This document shows, piece after piece, positions 9,496 through 16,616 of a stretch of DNA of 16,616 nucleotides. Source of the DNA: a virus; UHGV virus genome UHGV-0224311; one strand, given 5' to 3'. Numbering within the stretch: position 1 is the first letter of the stretch; each line of letters starts with the position of its first letter. Under the pieces are notes generated by a model, which saw nothing but the letters and a program-made list of their open reading frames with translations, had not been told where the DNA came from and did not search any database. The translations under genes and the position numbers were made by a program.

Positions 9496-10095
9496 ATGAG
9501 CGTAATGATTTTTCAGGCTGGCGGAGATACCAAAATCTGGGGACGCAAACTGAAAACGAAAACCGTTGATCCTGATGATGTAGCTGTGCACTTAGCAAAT
9601 GGCTGGTATAAGCACCCTGACGATGTTCCTGATGATCCTCTTGTTGGTGATCAAATTGGGAGTGTTGGCGGAGGTGAAACTTCCCCAGTTGATATGGGCG
9701 AAGTGTCCGACGGTTATCACACTTTTAACGAGCTTTACGCTCACCGAGTGCGCCTCTTCTCATCGCTGATGCATGCTTACGCTGAGCTTTCGTGGTGGTC
9801 TCGCAAACACAGTGACGGTGAAGAGTGGGATGGCTGGATCATTGCTGGTATCACCACTCCAGAAGGCGAAATCACTTATCACCTACCTGTTGAAGAAATC
9901 GAGTTCCTTCCTGAAGGTACTGAGCTTGAGTTCGGGAAAGAGTGGGATGGTCATGAAGCAAATGATGTTCTTGGACGACTCCTGAGTTTGCGTCCGGCTA
10001 TTGCAGAGCCAGAGCCAGAGCCAGAAGAAAAACAGCGTAAAAAGCCTGGTCGAAAACCTAAGGCGGCAGCAGATGAACCTGACAACGAAGGGTGA
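9496..10095 (+). CDS. Hypothetical acidic protein of 199 aa inserted between coat and gp4; function unknown
   Basis: ATG at 9496 preceded by GGAGA (9486-9490). The listed ORF start at 9316 would overlap the coat gene and its terminator, so it is rejected. The product is Asp/Glu-rich with a Trp-rich core ([32 protein letters not shown]) and a C-terminal [20 protein letters not shown] tail. Its 3' end overlaps the gp4 start by 23 nt. Confidence 0.65.
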   Translation: MSVMIFQAGGDTKIWGRKLKTKTVDPDDVAVHLANGWYKHPDDVPDDPLVGDQIGSVGGGETSPVDMGEVSDGYHTFNELYAHRVRLFSSLMHAYAELSWWSRKHSDGEEWDGWIIAGITTPEGEITYHLPVEEIEFLPEGTELEFGKEWDGHEANDVLGRLLSLRPAIAEPEPEPEEKQRKKPGRKPKAAADEPDNEG

Positions 10096-10573
10096 TTTAG
10101 TCCTTGCGGCATTACGTAAGCTCGGTGTGGCATCAAATGCCACGTTAACAGATGTCGAACCGCAGTCTATGGAAGACGGCGTCAACGACCTTGAAATGAT
10201 GATGGCTGAATGGCTTGGCGGTGATGCGTCACCTGGTATCAACGTTGGCTACATTTTTGCTGATGCAGATGTTGCTCCGGATCCGGGCGATGAGCACGGC
10301 TTATCAAATAACGCTATCAATGCCGTCATTTTCAACCTTGCCTGCCGCATTGCACCGGATTATGCGCTGGAAGCGCCTGCAAAACTTATAACCACTGCCA
10401 GATACGGGAAAGAGCGACTCGTCAAACTGTCTGCAATGGACAGAGCAAAAGCCGCTAAATGTAAGTCCGGTTATCCAAACCGTATGCCTGTTGGTAGCGG
10501 TAACCAGTTGGCGAAGTGGAACGGTTGGAATTACTTCCACCGAAAGGAACCTTGCGATAACGGGAGCGAATAA
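10073..10573 (+). CDS. 4: Head completion / tail accessory protein, P22 gp4-type
   Basis: Starting at the ATG at 10073 gives a 166-aa product beginning [33 protein letters not shown], recognised as gp4-like. The listed ORF start at 10001 is an upstream in-frame extension. Confidence 0.88.
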   Translation: MNLTTKGDLVLAALRKLGVASNATLTDVEPQSMEDGVNDLEMMMAEWLGGDASPGINVGYIFADADVAPDPGDEHGLSNNAINAVIFNLACRIAPDYALEAPAKLITTARYGKERLVKLSAMDRAKAAKCKSGYPNRMPVGSGNQLAKWNGWNYFHRKEPCDNGSE

Positions 10574-11991
10574 TGCCGATTCAGCAACTTCCGCTTATGA
10601 AAGGTGTCGGAAAAGACTTTCGAAACGCCGACTATATCGACTATCTGCCAGTGAATATGCTGGCTACGCCCAAAGAAATCCTGAACAGCAGCGGATATCT
10701 TCGCTCATTCCCGGGCATTGCCAAACGTTCTGATGTGAATGGTGTATCGCGCGGTGTCGAGTACAACATGGCGCAGAATGCTGTTTATCGCGTTTGCGGT
10801 GGCAAGTTGTATAAGGGCGAAAGCGAGGTCGGTGATGTTGCCGGAAGTGGTCGCGTATCAATGGCGCATGGTCGAACATCTCAGGCGGTAGGCGTTAATG
10901 GTCAACTGGTCGAGTATCGCTATGATGGCACGGTTAAAACAGTCTCAAACTGGCCTACAGACAGCGGATTCACTCAGTATGAGTTAGGTTCAGTCCGCGA
11001 CATTACACGCTTACGTGGGCGTTATGCGTGGTCAAAAGACGGCACGGATTCATGGTTTATCACTGACCTTGAAGACGAATCGCATCCTGACCGTTACAGC
11101 GCACAATATCGCGCAGAATCGCAGCCGGACGGTATCCTCGGCATCGGAACATGGCGAGACTTCATCGTCTGCTTTGGTTCATCGACGATTGAATATTTTT
11201 CCCTGACAGGTGCAACCACTGTTGGTGCCGCTTTGTATGTCGCACAGCCATCGCTGATGGTGCAGAAAGGCATTGCTGGAACCTACTGCAAAACGCAGTT
11301 CGCTGATTCGTATGCGTTCATCAGCAATCCGGCAACAGGTGCGCCGTCTGTGTATATCATCGGCTCTGGTCAGGTATCACCAATCGCCAGCGCGAGCATT
11401 GAGAAAATACTACGCTCCTACACTGCTGATGAACTGGCTGATGGTGTGATGGAATCGCTGCGGTTTGATGCTCATGAGTTGCTGATTATCCATCTTTCGC
11501 GTCACGTTCTCGTGTACGACGCATCTTCAAGCGCCAATGGTCCGCAATGGTGTGTGCTGAAAACAGGCCTGTATGACGATGTGTACCGCGCTATCGACTT
11601 CATTTACGAAGGCAATCAGATAACGTGCGGCGATAAGCTGGAATCGGTGACCGGGAAATTGCAGTACGACATCAGCAGCCAGTACGACAAGCAACAGGAA
11701 CACCTGCTGTTTACTCCGTTGTTCAAAGCGGATAACGCCAGAGTGTTCGACCTTGAGGTGGAATCATCCACTGGCGTAGCTCAGTACGCCGACCGCCTGT
11801 TCCTCTCTGCAACCACTGACGGCATCAATTACGGGCGTGAGCAGATGATTGAGCAGAATGAACCGTTCGTTTATGACAAACGTGTTTTGTGGAAGCGAGT
11901 CGGGCGCATCAGGAAAAATGTCGGCTTCAAATTGCGCGTTATCACGAAGTCACCTGTCACTCTGTCTGGCGCTCAGATAAGGATTGAGTAA
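10573..11991 (+). CDS. 10: Tail accessory / packaged-DNA stabilisation protein, P22 gp10-type
   Basis: The 472-aa product is recognised as gp10-like ([49 protein letters not shown]...). Its start is coupled to the gp4 stop (TAATG). Confidence 0.93.
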   Translation: MPIQQLPLMKGVGKDFRNADYIDYLPVNMLATPKEILNSSGYLRSFPGIAKRSDVNGVSRGVEYNMAQNAVYRVCGGKLYKGESEVGDVAGSGRVSMAHGRTSQAVGVNGQLVEYRYDGTVKTVSNWPTDSGFTQYELGSVRDITRLRGRYAWSKDGTDSWFITDLEDESHPDRYSAQYRAESQPDGILGIGTWRDFIVCFGSSTIEYFSLTGATTVGAALYVAQPSLMVQKGIAGTYCKTQFADSYAFISNPATGAPSVYIIGSGQVSPIASASIEKILRSYTADELADGVMESLRFDAHELLIIHLSRHVLVYDASSSANGPQWCVLKTGLYDDVYRAIDFIYEGNQITCGDKLESVTGKLQYDISSQYDKQQEHLLFTPLFKADNARVFDLEVESSTGVAQYADRLFLSATTDGINYGREQMIEQNEPFVYDKRVLWKRVGRIRKNVGFKLRVITKSPVTLSGAQIRIE

Positions 11992-12839
11992 TGGCGGATT
12001 CGAATCTCAATGTGCCGGTAATCATCCAGGCTACGCGGCTCGATACATCAGTTCTTCCACGCAATATCTTCTCGCAGTCGTATCTGCTTTACGTTATCGC
12101 ACAGGGCACTGATGTTGGTAACGTGGCTAACAAGGCCAACGAGGCCGGACAGGGCGCTTATGACGCACAAGTCAGGAACGATGAGCAGGATGTGATTCTC
12201 GCTGACCATGAGCAGCGAATTTCTGCTGCGGAAGCAACGCTTGTTAATCATGAGGAGCGAATCAGCCAGGCAGAATCAACTCTTCAGGACCATGAAACGC
12301 GAATCGCTCAGAATGAAAGCGATATTGCGTCGCTTGATACCAGAGTTCAGTCGCTGGAGTCGCAGGTTTCAGACCATGAAACGCGCATTGATGCTCTGGA
12401 GCATGCAACCACACGCAAGAAGTCAGAGGTTGTTTACTCTGGCGTATCAGTAACCATCCCGACAGCGCCGACCAACCTTGTTAGCCTGCTGAAAACGCTC
12501 ACGCCGTCATCCGGGACGTTGGCACCATTCTTCGACACTGTTAACAACAAGATGGTTGTGTTCAACGAGAACAAAACCTTGTTCTTCAAGCTGTCGATTG
12601 TCGGGACGTGGCCCAGCGGAACCGCCAACAGGTCAATGCAGCTAACATTTTCCGGTTCTGTTCCTGACACACTGGTAAGCAGTCGCAACTCGGCGACAAT
12701 AACCGACAACATCCTGTTAGCTACGTTCTTCAGCGTGGATAAAGACGGCTTTCTTGCCACAAATGGCAGTACGTTAACCATTCAGTCAAATGGGGCGGCG
12801 TTTACTGCCACAACCATCAAAATCATTGCGGAGCAGTGA
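11991..12839 (+). CDS. 26: Tail needle (cell-puncturing plug), P22 gp26-type, with extended C-terminal knob-like domain
   Basis: The N-terminus [41 protein letters not shown] is recognised as gp26-like. A central 14-residue-period coiled coil follows. The ~140-residue C-terminal region makes the protein longer (282 aa) than the P22 needle as I recall it. Confidence 0.88.
   Translation: MADSNLNVPVIIQATRLDTSVLPRNIFSQSYLLYVIAQGTDVGNVANKANEAGQGAYDAQVRNDEQDVILADHEQRISAAEATLVNHEERISQAESTLQDHETRIAQNESDIASLDTRVQSLESQVSDHETRIDALEHATTRKKSEVVYSGVSVTIPTAPTNLVSLLKTLTPSSGTLAPFFDTVNNKMVVFNENKTLFFKLSIVGTWPSGTANRSMQLTFSGSVPDTLVSSRNSATITDNILLATFFSVDKDGFLATNGSTLTIQSNGAAFTATTIKIIAEQ
12204..12413 (+). repeat. 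Five imperfect tandem 42-bp repeats (14-codon units) encoding the needle coiled coil
   Basis: The motif gaccatga[gr]... recurs at about 12204, 12246, 12288 and 12372, encoding [14 protein letters not shown] / [14 protein letters not shown] / [14 protein letters not shown] / [14 protein letters not shown] / [11 protein letters not shown]. Confidence 0.5.
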
Positions 12840-13294
12840 TGATTCAGTTCAAACCAACGCGAAACATCGACCTGATCGAAGCAGTAGGAAATCACCCTGA
12901 CATTATCGCCGGGAGCAACAACGGTGATGGATACGACTACAAACCTGATTGCCGTTACTTTGAGGTGAACGTGCACGGGCAGTTCGGCGGCATTGTTTAC
13001 TATCAGGAGATTCAGCCGCTGACATTCGATTGCCACGCCATGTACCTGCCAGAGATTCGCGGCTTCAGCAAGGAAATCGGGCTGGCGTTCTGGCGATACA
13101 TTCTGACTAACACCACCGTTCAGTGCGTCACATCGTTCGCCGCACGCAAATTCCGCCACGGGCAGATTTACTGCGCAATGATTGGCCTTAAGCGTGTCGG
13201 AACCATCAAGAAATACTTTAAAGGCGTGGATGACGTGACTTTTTACAGCGCAACACGCGAAGAACTAATCGACTTCCTGAATCACGGGAGATAG
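12836..13294 (+). CDS. 14: Head/tail assembly protein in the P22 gene 14 position
   Basis: The 152-aa ORF has its start overlapping the needle stop (ATGA at 12836-12839). The assignment is by synteny between needle and ejection genes; I am less sure of the sequence-level recognition. Confidence 0.6.
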   Translation: MMIQFKPTRNIDLIEAVGNHPDIIAGSNNGDGYDYKPDCRYFEVNVHGQFGGIVYYQEIQPLTFDCHAMYLPEIRGFSKEIGLAFWRYILTNTTVQCVTSFAARKFRHGQIYCAMIGLKRVGTIKKYFKGVDDVTFYSATREELIDFLNHGR

Positions 13295-13296
13295 CC

Positions 13297-13989
13297 ATGT
13301 TATATGCATTTAAGCTGGGCAGAAAACTGCGCGGCGAGGAACCTTATTGCCCTGAAAAGGGTGGGAAAGGTGGCAGTTCTGATAAAAGCGCAAAGTATGC
13401 CGCAGAAGCTCAGAAGTATGCAGCAGACCTGCAAAATCAGCAGTGGCAGACGATCATGAAAAACCTTGCTCCGTTCACGCCTCTTGCGGAGCAGTATGTT
13501 AACCAGTTGCAGAATCTTTCCAGTTTAGAAGGTCAGGGGCAGGCACTTAATCAGTATTACAACTCTCAGCAGTATAAAGACCTTGCAGGTCAGGCGCGTT
13601 ACCAGAGTCTTGCTGCTGCGGAGGCGACGGGTGGACTTGGTTCGACAGCCACAAGCAATCAACTGGCTACGATCGCGCCGACACTCGGTCAGTCTTGGTT
13701 ATCAAACCAGATGAGCAATTACAACAATCTGGCAAACGTTGGGCTTGGTGCGCTGCAAGGTCAGGCAAACGCCGGGCAGACGTACGCCAACAACATGAGC
13801 AGCATTGCACAGCAAAGCGCAGCTCTTGCCGCTGCTAATGCCAATAAACCATCAAGTCTTCAGACTGCAATTAGCGGTGGCACGTCTGGTGCGATTGCCG
13901 GTGCAGGTCTTGCCAGCCTTTTGGGAACATCAACGCCTTGGGGCGCTGGCATTGGTGCTGGTATCGGATTGCTTGGCTCGTTGTTTTAA
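13297..13989 (+). CDS. 7: Ejection (injection) protein, P22 gp7-type
   Basis: The 230-aa product starts MLYAFKLGRKLRGEEPYCPEKGGKGGSSDKSAKYAAEAQKYAADLQNQQ, is Gln/Ala-rich in the middle, and ends in a Gly/Ala-rich hydrophobic C-terminus. It sits first in the ejection-gene trio. Confidence 0.8.
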   Translation: MLYAFKLGRKLRGEEPYCPEKGGKGGSSDKSAKYAAEAQKYAADLQNQQWQTIMKNLAPFTPLAEQYVNQLQNLSSLEGQGQALNQYYNSQQYKDLAGQARYQSLAAAEATGGLGSTATSNQLATIAPTLGQSWLSNQMSNYNNLANVGLGALQGQANAGQTYANNMSSIAQQSAALAAANANKPSSLQTAISGGTSGAIAGAGLASLLGTSTPWGAGIGAGIGLLGSLF

Positions 13990-13998
13990 GGGGTAATC

Positions 13999-15330
13999 AT
14001 GGCTACTTGGCAAGGAACAAACGGCGGATTGTTGGCTGGTATCGGCGGCGTCAACTCAAACGCTCCGAGCGTAAATGACATCGGCAATACGCTTCAGCTT
14101 ATCAGGCAGAACAATGATATTGAGCGTTCAGGCGCTAACAATGTTGGGCTGACTGCTTTGCAAGGTCTTTCAGGTATTGCGGGTGTTTTTCAGCAGGAAA
14201 AGCAGGCTCAGCGGCAGAAAGAATTTCAGCAGGCGTACGCTAATGCTTATGCGTCTGGTGATCGCGGTGCTTTGCGTCAGTTGGCTACTCAATATCCAGA
14301 CCAGATTGAATCCGTTCGTAAAGGCATGGGATTCATTGATGAAGAGCAGCGTAATTCTATCGGCACCTTAGCGGCTGGCGCACGCCTTGCGTCATCGTCT
14401 CCAGAAGCAATGCAATCATGGCTGCAAAACAACGCCGGTGAGTTAGCTCGTGTTGGCGTTAATCCTCATGACGTCGCTCAGATGTACCAACAGAACCCGC
14501 GGCAGTTCGGCGAATTTGTCGATCACCTGGGGATGAACAGTCTCGGGCCCGAAAAATACTTTGACCTACAGGATAAAATGCAGGGTCGCCAGGTTACCAT
14601 GCGCGGTCAGGATCTGGATTCGCAAACCGCCGCTCGGAATCAGGCAATCACAATGCGCGGACAAGATATCCAGGCGAATTTAGGTCAGCAGCGCATTAAT
14701 CTGGACGCAGAAACAAACCGCATTAACAACGAAAATAAGCGCCTTGACCGGATGCTATCAGCAGAAACTAACGACCTGAAGCGCCAGGAAATACAGAGCC
14801 GCATAGCAGCCAACAACCAGCAGTTGCAGCAGAATCAGCAAGCGCTAAATGATGGCTACAAAGACGGCATCAACACCCTCACAACCAGCATGTTCACTCT
14901 GAACGATATCGTTAGTTCTCCTTCACTTAAGAGCATTACAGGCTTACGTGGAGTAATCCCCAACGTTCCAGGCTCACAGGCTGCAGACACTCAGGCACGA
15001 CTTGATACCTTTAAATCACAAGCATTCCTGACAGCGGTTCAGGCCATGCGAGGCATGGGCGCACTTTCTGATGCCGAGGGCAAAAAGCTCGACCAGGCTG
15101 TTGGTTCGCTGCAGAACTCGCAGAGCGAGGAGTCCTTTCGTCGCAACGCTGGCGTCATCCTGAACACGCTCAACCAGAAGCGTAATGAGGCGGTTGGTAA
15201 GTACGTTCAGCAAAACGGTATCAAGCGAGTGGAAGCGCCTCAGGCTTCTATAGATTACCTGAAGCAGCACCCCGAGCTGTCAATCGACTTCATTAATCGC
15301 TACGGATATCTTCCATCTTTGGGGCAGTAA
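13999..15330 (+). CDS. 20: Ejection (injection) protein, P22 gp20-type
   Basis: The 443-aa product is Gln/Asn-rich with predicted coiled-coil segments. RBS AAGGGG upstream; second in the ejection-gene trio. Confidence 0.78.
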   Translation: MATWQGTNGGLLAGIGGVNSNAPSVNDIGNTLQLIRQNNDIERSGANNVGLTALQGLSGIAGVFQQEKQAQRQKEFQQAYANAYASGDRGALRQLATQYPDQIESVRKGMGFIDEEQRNSIGTLAAGARLASSSPEAMQSWLQNNAGELARVGVNPHDVAQMYQQNPRQFGEFVDHLGMNSLGPEKYFDLQDKMQGRQVTMRGQDLDSQTAARNQAITMRGQDIQANLGQQRINLDAETNRINNENKRLDRMLSAETNDLKRQEIQSRIAANNQQLQQNQQALNDGYKDGINTLTTSMFTLNDIVSSPSLKSITGLRGVIPNVPGSQAADTQARLDTFKSQAFLTAVQAMRGMGALSDAEGKKLDQAVGSLQNSQSEESFRRNAGVILNTLNQKRNEAVGKYVQQNGIKRVEAPQASIDYLKQHPELSIDFINRYGYLPSLGQ

Positions 15331-16616
15331 ATGGCTAATTACCGTGATTTGTTAGAGCAGGCTGGCGCACGTTACGGTGTGCCAGAAGGGTTGATGACTG
15401 CACTGGGTGCCAAGGAGTCTTCTTACAACCCTGCCGCAGTAAGCTCCGCCGGGGCTGTAGGATTGACTCAGGTCATGCCTGGGACATGGCGTGATATGGG
15501 TTATACCGATGAGCAAATGCAAAACCCCGAATATCAGGCTGACGCTGGCGCACGCTATCTGGCAAAGATGTACCAGCAGTTTGGTAACTGGCGTGACGCT
15601 CTTCAGGCTTATCACGACGGTCCAGGCAACGTTATGAAGGCAAAGCGTGGTGAATATACGCCAGGACCTGAAGGCCGCGGTTACGTTGATGATCGCTTTG
15701 CTCAATGGGCGGGTGACCCGGTGACAGACTCAACAGTCGAACAGCGCGCCACCTCTGCAAAGGTACATCCTCAGCAAGACCCTAACAACCCGTTTGCACA
15801 ACTGGAAGCACAGTCATCCGAACAAGTATCGGCATCAGGCGTGCAGTCAGACCCAAATAATCCATTTGCTCAGATTGAGCAGCAGGCAGCCAGTCAGCAG
15901 CCGCCTCAACCCGTAAGTTCTGTCGCACCGAAACCTGTTCAGCAGCAAGGCGGAATAATGTCTGACCTTGGTAATGGACTTGCTGAAACCGGGCGCGGCT
16001 TACTACAGGCAGGAATCAACGTAGCGAACATACCTGCTGAACTCACTGATGCTGTAACAAGCGCGGCGGCTTGGGCTGGCGGTAAACTCGGTATTGGCGA
16101 TGGTACATATCAACCAGCACCACGAGTAACAACGCAGGGATTAGAGCAGGACTTTGGCCTTAAGCAAGGCGCGCTGACTCCACAAACGACAGAGGGAAGG
16201 GTATTTGCTGAAGCATTGCCTTACCTCACTCCCGCTGGCATTGAGAGAGCGGCAACACAGGCACCAACACTTGCTGGTCGAATTGCTCAGGGGGCAACTC
16301 GCCTTCTAGCAGAAAACGCAGTTGGATCACTTGCTGCAAATAGTGCGAAAGATGATGCGGAAGCACTCGCCACCGATTTAGGCGTTGGTGTACTTGCTGG
16401 CGGTGCTATTAACGCTGCCGGACGTGGATTAGGTGCTGCTTATCGTGGCGTTCGTGGTGCTATCGCGCCAGAAGCGCAGCAGGCTATCAGATTTGCAGAG
16501 CGTGAAGGAGTTCCTCTGCACACCACAGACCTGTTACAGCCTACTTCCCGCGTCGGGAAATTGGCGCAGACGACAGCGGAAAATATCCCCCTAGCTGGCA
16601 CAAGCGGAATGAGAGC
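15331..16616 (+). CDS. 16: Ejection protein in the gp16 position with N-terminal SLT lytic transglycosylase domain; 3'-truncated by the window edge
   Basis: ATG at 15331 directly follows the preceding stop. The N-terminal ~110 residues carry SLT-domain motifs (KESSYNP with the catalytic Glu-Ser, GLTQVMPGTW, AYHDGPGN). The reading frame stays open to the end of the window. Confidence 0.75.
   Translation, partial: MANYRDLLEQAGARYGVPEGLMTALGAKESSYNPAAVSSAGAVGLTQVMPGTWRDMGYTDEQMQNPEYQADAGARYLAKMYQQFGNWRDALQAYHDGPGNVMKAKRGEYTPGPEGRGYVDDRFAQWAGDPVTDSTVEQRATSAKVHPQQDPNNPFAQLEAQSSEQVSASGVQSDPNNPFAQIEQQAASQQPPQPVSSVAPKPVQQQGGIMSDLGNGLAETGRGLLQAGINVANIPAELTDAVTSAAAWAGGKLGIGDGTYQPAPRVTTQGLEQDFGLKQGALTPQTTEGRVFAEALPYLTPAGIERAATQAPTLAGRIAQGATRLLAENAVGSLAANSAKDDAEALATDLGVGVLAGGAINAAGRGLGAAYRGVRGAIAPEAQQAIRFAEREGVPLHTTDLLQPTSRVGKLAQTTAENIPLAGTSGMR

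Noticed and set aside
10001-10072. Upstream extension of the gp4 ORF ([10 protein letters not shown]...).
   Set aside because: The ATG at 10073 gives a product starting [10 protein letters not shown], which matches the gp4 N-terminus and size of 166 aa. The extension lies inside the preceding gene.
1-16616. Search for CRISPR arrays, tRNA or rRNA genes, IS elements with terminal inverted repeats, and integrase or attachment sites.
   Set aside because: No regularly spaced direct repeats, no cloverleaf-compatible segments, and no transposase- or integrase-like ORFs were seen. The window is internal to the phage late region, so none are expected.

Overview
This window reads as a contiguous stretch of the late operon of a mosaic lambdoid temperate phage or prophage from an enteric bacterium. 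It opens with a lambda-type lysis cassette (holin S truncated at the 5' edge, endolysin R, Rz with embedded Rz1), then a terminator and a short accessory (moron) region, then a P22-type morphogenesis series, all on the + strand: small and large terminase, portal, scaffold, coat, gp4, gp10, tail needle gp26, gp14-position protein, and three ejection proteins, the last running off the 3' edge. Identifications rest on recalled similarity of the translated ORFs to lambda and P22 proteins plus gene order; no search was run. Three accessory insertions interrupt this backbone. The strongest candidate for something new is an AT-rich gene at 1524-2009 encoding a T5orf172 / GIY-YIG-like domain protein, sitting where P22 carries other accessory genes. 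The second is an antisense, AT-rich HNH-AP2 homing-endonuclease gene at 4513-5013 wedged between large terminase and portal. The third is an unrecognised 199-aa acidic protein at 9496-10095 between coat and gp4. I found no rRNA, tRNA, CRISPR array or IS element.
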